Assembly (NCBI GenBank): GCA_020346705.1 | Contig: CP070785.1 | Location: 1,108,749-1,147,330, forward strand | DNA: 38,582 nt | Direction: 5' to 3' | Origin: Chloroflexota bacterium | Lineage (GTDB): Bacteria; Chloroflexota; Anaerolineae; Anaerolineales; UBA4823 | Part shown: piece after piece, positions 1 through 9,594 of the stretch | Numbering within the stretch: position 1 is the stretch's first letter | Layout of the letters: each line of letters starts with the position of its first letter | Translations under genes and position numbers: made by a program | The notes under the pieces: generated by a model | Databases searched by the model: none | Told to the model about the DNA's origin: nothing | What the model saw: the letters and a program-made list of their open reading frames with translations, nothing else

Positions 1-1276
1 ATATTTCTATCCAACCTCCATCATGGAGACCGGTTACGATATTTTATTTTTTTGGGTCGCCCGCATGATCATGGATGGCCTCGAGTTCACCGGTGAGATC
101 CCATTTCACACCGTTTATCTGCACGGCCTGATCCGGGATGAAAATGGCCGCAAAATGAGCAAAACCTATGGAAATGTGATCGACCCTCTGGTAGTCATGG
201 ACGAATTAGGGACGGATGCACTTCGGTTTACCCTCCTGGTTGGGTCAACCCCCGGCAATGATATGAACCTCAGCTTGAAGAAGGTTGAAGCAAACCGCAA
301 TTTTGCCAACAAGATCTGGAACGCAGCCCGATTCGTCCTGGGGGCACTTGATCAGGCAAAAGATTTGCACGTACCTTTAGAGGAGACCGAACCAATTCCC
401 AGCCTGGCTGATCAGTGGATTCTAGCCCGTCTTTCAATCCTCACCCGGGATGTTGAACGCCTCTTTCAGAATTACCAGTATGGTGAGGCCGGGCGCCAGA
501 TATTTGACTTCTTCTGGAACGAGTTTGCTGATTGGTATCTGGAAATCGCCAAGCTGCAGCTCACAGAAGGGGATCGAATGGCGTCCAGCACTACCCGCAA
601 TCTGGTCCAGGTGCTGGATACCTGCCTGCGTTTGCTGCACCCATTTACCCCCTTTGTAACGGAAGAAATTTGGGGGCACCTGAAAACAGCCAGCCAGGAA
701 CTTCAGCAGCCGATCAATCCTGGGCATGGATCTGAATGGGAAAAAGCACTAATCATCGCCCGCTGGCCAACACCGCGACCGGCGAGCCACTGGGAGGATC
801 AAGCCATCGCTGATTTTTTGCTGATTATGGATCTGGTGCGCGCCATCCGCAACCTGCGGGCGGAGAAAAATGTCAATTCTAAGGTATCTCTCCCGGCGAC
901 ATTTGTTGGAGGCGGACGTACACCAGTTCTCCAACGGCAATCAAACACGATCGCCTCATTAGCCCGGCTTGACCTCCAAAGGATGACTGTTGTAGAAAAA
1001 CTTGGGGAGAAGCCAGATGGCACCGTTGCACTGGTTGTAGGTTCAGTAGAGGTCTATTTGCCGATGGCAGAAATGGTGGATCCGGAAGAGCAGCGCAAAC
1101 GTTTGGAAAAAGAGCTGGCCGAGTCCATGGGGCAAATTGAGCGCTTGGAAGCTCTCCTGGCGGGACCCTTCGCAGAAAAAGCTCCCAGCGATGTGGTTGA
1201 TAAGGAACGCCAGAAATTGGTGGATTACAAGGACAAAGCAGCTAAAATTAACTCCCAACTTAAAACGCTAGAATAA
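1..1276 (+). CDS. valS: valine--tRNA ligase, C-terminal part (5' end outside the window)
   Basis: The frame is open from base 2 (YFYPTSIMETGYDILFFWVARM). The class I KMSKS loop is present as KMSKTYGNVIDP. The long C-terminal coiled coil (EEQRKRLEKELAES...KINSQLKTLE) is typical of ValRS. Stop at 1274-1276. Confidence 0.93.
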   Translation, partial: YFYPTSIMETGYDILFFWVARMIMDGLEFTGEIPFHTVYLHGLIRDENGRKMSKTYGNVIDPLVVMDELGTDALRFTLLVGSTPGNDMNLSLKKVEANRNFANKIWNAARFVLGALDQAKDLHVPLEETEPIPSLADQWILARLSILTRDVERLFQNYQYGEAGRQIFDFFWNEFADWYLEIAKLQLTEGDRMASSTTRNLVQVLDTCLRLLHPFTPFVTEEIWGHLKTASQELQQPINPGHGSEWEKALIIARWPTPRPASHWEDQAIADFLLIMDLVRAIRNLRAEKNVNSKVSLPATFVGGGRTPVLQRQSNTIASLARLDLQRMTVVEKLGEKPDGTVALVVGSVEVYLPMAEMVDPEEQRKRLEKELAESMGQIERLEALLAGPFAEKAPSDVVDKERQKLVDYKDKAAKINSQLKTLE

Positions 1277-1352
1277 TTGGAAATTAATATTAGCTGATGG
1301 CCCGACCGGATTTGGTTTTTATTTTGTGCAGATCAATCTATTTGAGGAACAC

Positions 1353-1844
1353 ATGAACAAAAAGGAAATGATTTCTGCCCTGAATAATGGTAGAGCCGAA
1401 TTTCTTGAAATCATAAATGAAATTTCCGCTGAACAAATGGAACTACCGGGAGTGGTGGATAGCTGGTCGGTTAAAGACATTTTGGTCCATTTGACCAGGT
1501 GGGAAGCAGAAATAATTAAGCTCATGTGGCAGTTGGGGAAGGGCATCCAACCAACGACCGCCCACTTCGATCAATTTACCTTGGATGAGATTAACGAACG
1601 CTGGTATCAGGAGAGCCGTAATCGCCCATTAAATATTGTTATGAGCGACTTCTTAGCTGTTCGCAATCAAACTATACGTAGGGTGAATGATTTTTCACTG
1701 GAAGAATTAACCGATCCTGATCGCTATGCTTGGCTCAATGGTAAAACGCTGTGGGACTGGATCGCCGGTGATAGCATCAAACATGAAGCCGAACATAGGG
1801 TCCAGATTGAAGCCTGGTTAGCCAGAGAAGGATTGAGTACATGA
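1353..1844 (+). CDS. DinB-superfamily four-helix-bundle protein, ClbS/DfsB-like (DUF1706-like)
   Basis: The ORF track gives 1326..1844, but 1326 is GTG. ATG 1353 has GAGGA 5 nt upstream and is preferred. Motifs: WSVKDILVHLTRWE and a C-terminal HEAEH. The stop overlaps the next start (ATGA at 1841-1844). Confidence 0.6.
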   Translation: MNKKEMISALNNGRAEFLEIINEISAEQMELPGVVDSWSVKDILVHLTRWEAEIIKLMWQLGKGIQPTTAHFDQFTLDEINERWYQESRNRPLNIVMSDFLAVRNQTIRRVNDFSLEELTDPDRYAWLNGKTLWDWIAGDSIKHEAEHRVQIEAWLAREGLST

Positions 1845-2716
1845 AGATTGGGTTTGTTTACCCGCAAACAGAATTCGGTAATGATCCCGAGGCGATTCGC
1901 GATCTGGCCCAAACAGCCGAAGGCTTAGGGTATGCTCATATCCTGGCCTATGAGCATGTCTTAGGCGTGAATCCAGATCGATATGATGATTGGGATGGAC
2001 CTTACGATTTCAGGAGTTCCTTTCAGTCCCCGTTCTTGTTATTCAGTTACTTAGCTGCGGTCACGGAGAGCCTGGAATTCACCACAGGAATTCTGATCCT
2101 ACCCCAACGCCAGGCGGTTTTAGCCGCCAAACAAGCAGCCACCCTGGATATACTATCCAACGGCCGGTTACGTCTGGGGGTCGGTATTGGTTGGAATAAA
2201 CCGGAATATATCGCCTTAGGCGAAAATTTTCATAACCGCGGCCGCCGGATCGAAGAGCAGATCAGCCTGATGCGCCAGTTGTGGACCCAACCTTTAGTGA
2301 ATTTCTCGGGTCAATGGCATAACATCTCAGACGCGGGAATCAATCCCCTGCCGATTCAAAGACCGATTCCAATTTGGTTCGGTGGACATGCTGACCAGGT
2401 TTTGCGGCGCATCGCGTTGATGGGAGATGGCTGGATACCCAATTACAGCACAGGGGAAGATGCAGGCCCAGCTTTGGTCAAACTCGAGCGATATCTCGAC
2501 AGGGCTGGCCGGACCCGATCCGATGTTGGCATAGAAGCCAGAATTCGATTCGCAGAAGGAGATCCTCATACCTGGGAGCAGCTCTTAAATGGCTGGCAAG
2601 ATGCTGGTGCGAGTCACATATCAATCAATACGATGCAAGTCGGTTTTGATAGACCGAGTCAACATATCGAGGCGCTGAAGTCCTTCGCCTCTACAATGGA
2701 GATCAAAAAACGTTGA
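1841..2716 (+). CDS. LLM-class (luciferase-like) oxidoreductase, probably F420-dependent
   Basis: 291 aa with a luciferase-like pattern (LGYAHILAYEHV, RLRLGVGIGW, IPIWFGG). Translationally coupled to the upstream gene through an ATGA overlap. Confidence 0.7.
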   Translation: MKIGFVYPQTEFGNDPEAIRDLAQTAEGLGYAHILAYEHVLGVNPDRYDDWDGPYDFRSSFQSPFLLFSYLAAVTESLEFTTGILILPQRQAVLAAKQAATLDILSNGRLRLGVGIGWNKPEYIALGENFHNRGRRIEEQISLMRQLWTQPLVNFSGQWHNISDAGINPLPIQRPIPIWFGGHADQVLRRIALMGDGWIPNYSTGEDAGPALVKLERYLDRAGRTRSDVGIEARIRFAEGDPHTWEQLLNGWQDAGASHISINTMQVGFDRPSQHIEALKSFASTMEIKKR

Positions 2717-2738
2717 TTGAGGGAGGATGCCAATTTAA

Positions 2739-3536
2739 ATGAGAGTTAATATTCAAGACACTACTTTGTACGTCGAGCAAGCCGGCGAAGGTCAGCCCTT
2801 GCTTCTGATTCATGGCTTCCCTCTTAATCTTGAAATGTGGCGGCCGCAGCTAGAGACCCTCTCCCAGCATGCAAAGGTAATCGCTCCAGACCTGCGCGGC
2901 CATGGACAATCCACCCCCACTCCCGGTCCTTATTCTATGGACATGTTGGCTGATGATTGCGCAGAAATCCTGGAAAAATTAGGGATTCAGCAGCCGGTTG
3001 TAGTCTGCGGCCTCTCCATGGGAGGCTATGTCGGTTTTTCATTTTTACGACGCCATCCACAGATGGTGGCTGGATTGATCCTGGTTGCTACTCGAGCGGG
3101 TGCAGATAGCGAAGAAGGAAAAAATAACCGGGACAATGCTGCCCAACAAGTAAAGAGCGAAGGCATCCAACCAGTTATAGATAGTATGCTGCCGATACTG
3201 ATGGCCCCAAATACCTACCAGGAGCAATTCGACCTGGTCGATCAGGTTGAAGAGATTGTGGCACAAACTTCATCCGATGGAATGATATCTGCCCTGATGG
3301 GTATGAAAACCAGGCCTGACTCAATGCCAACCCTTAAAAAGATCAAACTGCCAACTTTGATCATACACGGTGCTGAAGATCAGATCATCCCAATCAGCGA
3401 AGCAGAAGCCATGCACTTTGCAGTTGTCGGTTCCCGATTCGAGATCATCCCTGATGCAGGTCATCTGCCAAATTTAGAACAAAGCCAGTTGTTCAATCAA
3501 GTGGTGAAGGATTTCCTATCTACGCTGCAAGATTGA
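2739..3536 (+). CDS. alpha/beta-fold hydrolase
   Basis: HGFPLN oxyanion region, nucleophile elbow GLSMGG, and C-terminal DAGHLPNLE carrying the triad His. GGAGG at 2722-2726 upstream. Confidence 0.85.
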   Translation: MRVNIQDTTLYVEQAGEGQPLLLIHGFPLNLEMWRPQLETLSQHAKVIAPDLRGHGQSTPTPGPYSMDMLADDCAEILEKLGIQQPVVVCGLSMGGYVGFSFLRRHPQMVAGLILVATRAGADSEEGKNNRDNAAQQVKSEGIQPVIDSMLPILMAPNTYQEQFDLVDQVEEIVAQTSSDGMISALMGMKTRPDSMPTLKKIKLPTLIIHGAEDQIIPISEAEAMHFAVVGSRFEIIPDAGHLPNLEQSQLFNQVVKDFLSTLQD

Positions 3537-3664
3537 TTTATTCTCCAGCGTTGGAGTTCAGTAATCAAATTTCATCAAATATAAGTAGTGATCTCTTGCC
3601 GGATCTGTAAGGCAGCACAACTTAAAATTGTTCTTTTAAAACAAAAATGGGGGAAGTGAAACCC

Positions 3665-3693
3665 TTGACGACTTAGAACATTTGTGCTAAAAT
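3665..3693 (+). promoter_or_regulatory. sigma70-like promoter: TTGACG - 17 nt - (TGc)TAAAAT
   Basis: TTGACG at 3665-3670, a 17-nt spacer, and TAAAAT at 3688-3693 preceded by TGc. It lies about 50 nt upstream of the AAGGAG (3729-3734) and ATG 3743 of the VOC gene. Confidence 0.55.
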
Positions 3694-3742
3694 TGTTTCT
3701 TGCCAAAAAAGACCCAACAAGTATATATAAGGAGATACAACC

Positions 3743-4108
3743 ATGTCAGATCATCATGTCGTCCATGTCGAGTTTTCCGCTCAAGACCGGGAGGCTGCGA
3801 CGAAGTTTTATAGTGATCTTTTCGGTTGGAAATTCCAACAATTTCCGGAAATGGACTACGCCACCTTTGACACCGGAAAGGAAGTCGGTGGTGGATTGAA
3901 CCCGGTATCTGATACCTACCCAGCGGGCGCTGTCGTGGTCTATATCGGTTCAGATGATATCGATGCCGATCTGGCTAAAGCAGAATCCCTGGGTGCGAAA
4001 ATTCTCCAGCCAAAAACCGAGATTCCCAATACTGGTTGGTTTGGATTCTTTGCCGACCCGACCGGCAATATGATTGGCTTATTATCTTACATTGAGCAAG
4101 AATTTTAG
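3743..4108 (+). CDS. VOC (glyoxalase/bleomycin-resistance/dioxygenase) family protein
   Basis: 121 aa. The N-terminal pattern HVEFSAQDREAATKFYSDLFGW and the C-terminal GWFGFFADPTGNMIGL are typical of single-domain VOC proteins. Strong RBS. Confidence 0.8.
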   Translation: MSDHHVVHVEFSAQDREAATKFYSDLFGWKFQQFPEMDYATFDTGKEVGGGLNPVSDTYPAGAVVVYIGSDDIDADLAKAESLGAKILQPKTEIPNTGWFGFFADPTGNMIGLLSYIEQEF

Positions 4109-4342
4109 GCCAACTATACTATTAATCAGACCTCCATACTTTATACAAAATCTGATTGCTTGAATCCTCGGCAGTCAGATTTCCTGTTTCAAGTTTCTAC
4201 AGCTTTAGATGTCTAGGATTAACATTTTCCCGTCAACTCGGGACAAGAAGGTGACATCTAAAAATGTCATTCCACAGCCCACCAGGCCTGTCCCAGATCG
4301 GACAGTTCTGGGAGTTGAGGGATCCTTATAGTAGAATGATGC

Positions 4343-5563
4343 TTGTTTTTATTCAAGATCAAACCAATATTTGAAATCCATCATGAGTGTAATTTGAATA
4401 GCTCACAACAATCAACAAAACAAAAAAATTATCTTATCGTCTTTGCCTGGATATTTGCCGCCCTTTTCGTCATTTCTTCCATAGGGGTAATTTTCTCATT
4501 CTTCCCGACCAAAAAATTGCTCAACCCGGATTTCTATAAAAGCGTGCTTGAGAATGTTCGCATTTACGAACGACTGCCAGAATCGATCGCCCAACAACTG
4601 TCAGCAAACCTCTCTCAGGGAGTCACGGGACCAGATTCACCTGTGTATTTGCTGCTCCTCTCCCCGCAAGAATGGGAGTCCGTCCTCAGCGGATTAATTG
4701 ATCCAAACTGGCTGCAAGCTCAAACTGAGAGTATGCTTGACCAAATCTTCGAGATACTGCTGGTTTCTCAGGACCCACTCAATACACCGATTAGCATTTC
4801 GATCAGCGAGGTTAAAAACCGCCTAGCCGGGGAAGAAGGAATACAGGCATTCAACGAAATTCTCAATGCACAACCGGATTGTTCCTTTGACCAGCTGATG
4901 GGGTTGCTACAGCTGGGTTTGGGGATGGAGACCCAAATTGACACCTTGCTATGCAAACCACCTGATAATATTATTTCTGAATTAAATCCAGTGGTGCAAT
5001 CTTTTCTATCCGCAGCAGTGGAATATGTACCGGATCAGATATCATTCACCTTGCCCGCAGCCATGCTGAGAGGTCCATCAGCTGAAAATCTTCAAGAGTT
5101 GAATCCGGGCGAAATGCCTGAATTTATCGAGGCACTACGCTTTACCAATACGCTGATCACCTGGAGCCCACTGCTGCCAATAGTTTTCATTCTGTTGACA
5201 ACCGTTTTTGCCGTCCGGTCACTCAGGGATTTTCTCCGTTGGTGGGGCGGCGCCTTTTTAGCCGCAGGGGGGATTAGTTTGATCATCATTCTCATACTTT
5301 ACTTAACGATTGATTGGAGTTTAGCCCGGTTCATCCCTATTCCACTCAGTGTTTATCGCTTGCCACCCCTCCTTGTGCAGATAGGGCTATTTGAATTATC
5401 CCAGGAGCTGGTAAACAGCATCTTTTTATCGGTTTTGACCCCCGCCGGTATCCTCACCATACTTGGCATTTTGCTGCTGCTCGGCACGTATCTCATGTCA
5501 AAGGATTCACCTATCCCAATAACACCGCAAATAGAAGAGTCAGATTCAAGGATAATTGAATGA
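4343..5563 (+). CDS. hypothetical membrane protein
   Basis: 406-aa ORF with one N-terminal TM (YLIVFAWIFAALFVISSIGVIFSFF), a central region of about 200 aa, and 3-4 C-terminal TM helices. I recognise no family. The TTG start at 4343 is uncertain. Confidence 0.5.
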   Translation: MFLFKIKPIFEIHHECNLNSSQQSTKQKNYLIVFAWIFAALFVISSIGVIFSFFPTKKLLNPDFYKSVLENVRIYERLPESIAQQLSANLSQGVTGPDSPVYLLLLSPQEWESVLSGLIDPNWLQAQTESMLDQIFEILLVSQDPLNTPISISISEVKNRLAGEEGIQAFNEILNAQPDCSFDQLMGLLQLGLGMETQIDTLLCKPPDNIISELNPVVQSFLSAAVEYVPDQISFTLPAAMLRGPSAENLQELNPGEMPEFIEALRFTNTLITWSPLLPIVFILLTTVFAVRSLRDFLRWWGGAFLAAGGISLIIILILYLTIDWSLARFIPIPLSVYRLPPLLVQIGLFELSQELVNSIFLSVLTPAGILTILGILLLLGTYLMSKDSPIPITPQIEESDSRIIE

Positions 5564-5612
5564 GGTAGAAAACCTGGTGGGTTTGGGGGAGGAAATTTCG
5601 AGCTAATCGAAT

Positions 5613-5649
5613 GATATTGGATATTTGATATTAGATATTAGGGATTATT
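5613..5649. repeat. tandem heptamer array GATATTN x4 plus one degenerate unit
   Basis: GATATTG 5613-5619, GATATTT 5620-5626, GATATTA 5627-5633, GATATTA 5634-5640, then GG and GATTATT 5643-5649. The last unit contains the mutS stop codon (5645-5647, minus strand). Confidence 0.9.
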
Positions 5650-8224
5650 CCCCATCTTGTAAATACTTGCGCTTCCATTCGAATAACTTATTAAGCGCTT
5701 CGATCGGAGACAATGTGTTCATATCCAACTGGTCGAGGTCAGACAGCAGCGGATTTGTCTCCGGAAACAGCGCCAATTGTTGTGGAGCCTGAGGATCAAT
5801 TCGGACCGCTTTTCCTGAACTATCCTCGAGCTGTTGGAGTATCTCGCTGGCCCGCTGTACAACCGGTCCTGGTAACCCAGCCAGCTGGCCGACATGGATG
5901 CCGTATGAGCGGTCTGCGCCACCCGGAACGATGGTGTGCAAGAAGACAACCTTGTTTTCCGCTTCGCTGACCGCAACATTGTAATTGCGAACCCCAGGCA
6001 GCAGGTCAGCGAGTTGGGTCAATTCGTGATAATGGGTAGCAAACAAAGTCTTCGCTCGCAATCCAGGATGATTGTGGATGTATTCAACCACTGCCCAGGC
6101 GATAGATACACCATCATAAGTACTGGTGCCGCGTCCAATCTCGTCCAGGATCAATAAACTGCGGTTCGTGGCATGGTGCAGAATATTCGCCGTTTCCACC
6201 ATTTCCACCATAAAAGTAGATTGGCCAGCATAGATCTCATCCTGAGCTCCAATGCGAGTGAATATGCGGTCCACCAGACCGATTCGAGCGGTATCCGCGG
6301 GAACATAGCTGCCAATTTGAGCCATAAGCACGATTAATGCTACCTGCCTTAAAAATGTTGATTTACCAGACATGTTTGGCCCAGTGATGATACGTATGCG
6401 CTCCTCTGGATCAAACACTGCATCATTAGGGACGAACCGTTCGGTAATCATCAGCTGTTCGACCACGGGATGGCGCCCTTCACTGATATCCAAAATATCC
6501 TCGGCCAGCACCTCGGGCTTTACAAAACCATTCAAGGCTGCAGCTTCTGCCAGACTGGCCAACACATCTATTCGAGCGATCATGCGGGCCGTCAAAAGCA
6601 ATTTCTCTACAGACCCGGCAAGTCTTTCACACAGCTCTTTGAAAAGCCTGGCTTCAATCTCATGGATGCGTTCTTCGGCATTAAGTACCAGCGTCTCGTA
6701 TTCTTTCAACTCCGGAGTGATATAGCGCTCAGCGTTTACCAGCGTTTGTTTACGGATGTATTCCTCCGGGACCATCTCCACATTTGATTTGGTGACTTCA
6801 AGATAGTAACCAAAAACTTTGTTATAGCCAACTTTAAGGTTTTTTATGCCTGTACTCGCCCGCTCTACTGATTCCAGATTGGCGATCCAATCTCGGGCAT
6901 GCCTGGAGCTCTCGATCACGCCATCTAATTCCGCAGAATATCCCTCCCGGATCACCCCAATATTCTTCAAAGTCGCCGGGGGGTCATCTTCCAGCGCCGA
7001 TTGAATTAGATCCAGTTCTTGGGTGCACAGGCGAAAGTTCCTAATCACTTCTTCCAAGGCAGGTTCTTGTTCGGGGAGCAATTCCTTTATCCCAGGCAGC
7101 TGCTGCAGCGTATTGCGCATGGCAACCAGATCCCGCGGTTGACCAGATTCACCTACAATTCGCTGGGTGAGGCGTTCCAAATCTGCTAAAGGTTTAAGCT
7201 TTTCTCTCAACTCCGCCCGGGCCAGACCATTTTCAACAAAATACTCGACTCCATCTTGCCGTTTGCGGATCAGGTCCAAGTCCAACAGGGGTTTACTCAG
7301 CCATTGGTAGATCAAGCGGTTTCCCATGGGAGTGATGGTGTGCTCCAACACTCCCAGCAATGCTCCGATTCTTCCGCCATCACGGATTGTTTCGGTCAAT
7401 TCCAAATTTCGGCGTGTGGCCGTATCCAGGGTCATGAATTCGCTCAACTGGTAAGTCGCCAAACTTGTTAACAGTTTTTGTGAACTGGGACGGGTCTCAT
7501 CGAGATACTGCAAGAGTCCCCCCGCGGCGGAAATTGCCAATGGCATTCCACGGAGGCCAAAACCATCCAAAGAAGCCGTTTCGAAATGGTCCAGCAAAAT
7601 CTGCTGGCAACGGGCTGACTCAAAACGCCAGGCGGGCCATGGGGTTAAGTGTCCCGGTAGTTCATTCTCAAGCGAGGTGCCCTCTGCAATAAGGATCTCT
7701 GCAGGATTCAAACGCATCATCTCCGCCCGCACAGCTGGTTCAATCACTTTCGCCGCAATCTCAGTCGCGGAAAATTCTCCTGTAGTGATATCCACATAAG
7801 CCACACCAGCACGCGCATCTTGCCAGACGATGCAGGCCAAATAATTATTCGCATCTCCAGGGAGCAGCCCTGGTTCAACTATTGTCCCTGGCGTCACCAC
7901 GCGGGTCACCTTGCGCGGCACCAATCCCTTGACAGGTTGATCACCAACCTGTTCACAGATCGCCACATGATAGCCCTTATCAATCAATCTCGCCAGGTAG
8001 TTCTCGACTGCATGGTAAGGAATCCCAGCCATTGGAACCCGGACACCCTTGGCAACATTGCGCGAGGTCAGCACAATATCCAATTCGCGTGAAGTTGTTT
8101 CAGCATCCTGGTCGAAGGTCTCGTAAAAATCTCCCAGCCTGAAGAACAGAATTGTGTCTGGATATTGGCTTTTAATCTCGAGATATTGCTTGCGAATTGG
8201 GGTGACATCTTTTGAACGAGCCAT
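5645..8224 (-). CDS. mutS: DNA mismatch repair protein MutS
   Basis: 859 aa. N-terminal mismatch-recognition motif GDFYETF, Walker A GPNMSGKSTFLRQ, and DEIGRGTSTYDG. Confidence 0.97.
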   Translation of the reverse strand: MARSKDVTPIRKQYLEIKSQYPDTILFFRLGDFYETFDQDAETTSRELDIVLTSRNVAKGVRVPMAGIPYHAVENYLARLIDKGYHVAICEQVGDQPVKGLVPRKVTRVVTPGTIVEPGLLPGDANNYLACIVWQDARAGVAYVDITTGEFSATEIAAKVIEPAVRAEMMRLNPAEILIAEGTSLENELPGHLTPWPAWRFESARCQQILLDHFETASLDGFGLRGMPLAISAAGGLLQYLDETRPSSQKLLTSLATYQLSEFMTLDTATRRNLELTETIRDGGRIGALLGVLEHTITPMGNRLIYQWLSKPLLDLDLIRKRQDGVEYFVENGLARAELREKLKPLADLERLTQRIVGESGQPRDLVAMRNTLQQLPGIKELLPEQEPALEEVIRNFRLCTQELDLIQSALEDDPPATLKNIGVIREGYSAELDGVIESSRHARDWIANLESVERASTGIKNLKVGYNKVFGYYLEVTKSNVEMVPEEYIRKQTLVNAERYITPELKEYETLVLNAEERIHEIEARLFKELCERLAGSVEKLLLTARMIARIDVLASLAEAAALNGFVKPEVLAEDILDISEGRHPVVEQLMITERFVPNDAVFDPEERIRIITGPNMSGKSTFLRQVALIVLMAQIGSYVPADTARIGLVDRIFTRIGAQDEIYAGQSTFMVEMVETANILHHATNRSLLILDEIGRGTSTYDGVSIAWAVVEYIHNHPGLRAKTLFATHYHELTQLADLLPGVRNYNVAVSEAENKVVFLHTIVPGGADRSYGIHVGQLAGLPGPVVQRASEILQQLEDSSGKAVRIDPQAPQQLALFPETNPLLSDLDQLDMNTLSPIEALNKLFEWKRKYLQDGE

Positions 8225-8230
8225 GTGTTC

Positions 8231-8259
8231 ATTGTATGATGAGCGGGGAAAATCATCAA
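8231..8259 (-). promoter_or_regulatory. promoter-like TTGATG - 17 nt - TACAAT placed 6 nt before the mutS ATG
   Basis: On the minus strand: TTGATG (8259-8254), a 17-nt spacer, TACAAT (8236-8231), then gaacac and ATG (8224-8222). There is no room for a Shine-Dalgarno. Confidence 0.5.
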
Positions 8260-8305
8260 GCTTATAACTAAGATTGTTCTTTAACCATTAAGTGTCCAGT
8301 TTTTA

Positions 8306-8334
8306 TTGCGTTTTTTGATCCTTCGGCATATAAT
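8306..8334 (+). promoter_or_regulatory. sigma70-like promoter TTGCGT - 17 nt - TATAAT
   Basis: TTGCGT 8306-8311, a 17-nt spacer, TATAAT 8329-8334. AAAGGAG (8356-8362) and ATG 8372 follow. This places the 5' extension given in the ORF track (8306-8371) in promoter/leader sequence. Confidence 0.6.
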
Positions 8335-8371
8335 CAAATCACTATACTCGTTCAGAAAGGAGATGTATCCA

Positions 8372-9472
8372 ATGGCAAGCGTAACGTATGACAAAGTCTA
8401 TAAACGCTTCGGGGAAGTGGTCGCGGTCAACAATCTTAATATCAAGATTGAAGACAAAGAATTCCTCGTCCTGGTTGGGCCGTCAGGCTGTGGCAAATCC
8501 ACCGCCTTGCGATGCCTGGCTGGACTGGAAGATATCAGCGAAGGCCAGATCCTGATTGGCGACCAGGTCGTCAATGACGTTCCCCCCAAAGATCGGGATA
8601 TCGCCATGGTATTCCAATCCTACGCGCTTTACCCACACATGACTGTGTATGACAACATGGCGTTTGGTCTTAAACTTCGCAAGACACCCAAAGATGAAAT
8701 TAAGAGAAGGGTTGAGGAAGCTGCTGATATTCTTGGCATTGAGAGTCTTCTCGAACGGAAACCTCGTCAGCTCTCAGGTGGGCAGCGCCAGCGAGTGGCA
8801 CTGGGACGGGCCATCGTGCGCGAGCCGAAAGTATTTCTCCTCGATGAGCCCCTATCAAACCTGGATGCGAAACTGCGGGTTGAAACGCGAGCCAACATCA
8901 GCAAGCTGCACCAGCAGCTGCAGACTACGTTCATCTACGTCACCCACGACCAGATCGAAGCGATGACCATGGCCACGCGCATCGCGGTTATAGAATCGGG
9001 TATCCTGCAACAGATTGATACACCATCAAACCTGTACGATAAGCCGGACAATATTTTCGTGGCAGGCTTTATTGGCTCTCCTGCGATGAACTTCTTTCCA
9101 GCAACCATTCAGCAGAGTGATGGCAAATTGATCGTCGATGCCGACTCCATCGTCTTAGAAATTCCCGAGGCCCGCAAGGAGGTTTACCAATCGCACGTCG
9201 GGAACCAGATAATCTTCGGTATCCGTCCAGAGGATATTTTCACACCCGAATATGCCCCTCCGGGGATTATCGCTCAACCAGTCGAGACAACCGTCGACAT
9301 AACCGAGCTGATGGGGAATGAAATCATGCTGTTCCTCAAGTCAGGGAAACATGATTTCGTTGCCCGGGTCGATCCTCGCACAAAGGCTGGGATCGGACAG
9401 GAAATGCAAGTTGTCATCAACATGGACAACATGCACATCTTTGACCGGGAGACGGAGCTGGCTATCCGCTGA
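8372..9472 (+). CDS. carbohydrate-type ABC transporter ATP-binding protein (MalK/UgpC/MsmX-like)
   Basis: Walker [10 protein letters not shown], signature [14 protein letters not shown], Walker B VFLLDEP, and a C-terminal regulatory/TOBE-like domain. The start was moved to ATG 8372 ([14 protein letters not shown]), 9 nt after AAAGGAG. Confidence 0.9.
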   Translation: MASVTYDKVYKRFGEVVAVNNLNIKIEDKEFLVLVGPSGCGKSTALRCLAGLEDISEGQILIGDQVVNDVPPKDRDIAMVFQSYALYPHMTVYDNMAFGLKLRKTPKDEIKRRVEEAADILGIESLLERKPRQLSGGQRQRVALGRAIVREPKVFLLDEPLSNLDAKLRVETRANISKLHQQLQTTFIYVTHDQIEAMTMATRIAVIESGILQQIDTPSNLYDKPDNIFVAGFIGSPAMNFFPATIQQSDGKLIVDADSIVLEIPEARKEVYQSHVGNQIIFGIRPEDIFTPEYAPPGIIAQPVETTVDITELMGNEIMLFLKSGKHDFVARVDPRTKAGIGQEMQVVINMDNMHIFDRETELAIR

Positions 9473-9531
9473 TCTCCTGAGCCGAGATCGTTTGAATCAT
9501 GGCTCGATCAAAAAAGAATAGAAATTTTATG

Positions 9532-9570
9532 GGCGCAGAGTGACTGCATACCAGCTCTTCTGCGCCTTTT
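9532..9570 (+). terminator. rho-independent terminator after the ABC ATPase gene
   Basis: GGCGCAGA (9532-9539) pairs with TCTGCGCC (9559-9566), followed by TTTT (9567-9570). Confidence 0.65.
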
Positions 9571-9594
9571 AATCAGCTTGATAAAGGAATATAT

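Noticed and set aside
8306-8371. Upstream TTG start for the ABC ATPase ([22 protein letters not shown]...)
   Set aside because: This stretch contains a near-consensus promoter and the AAAGGAG RBS. The conserved ABC N-terminus begins at [10 protein letters not shown].
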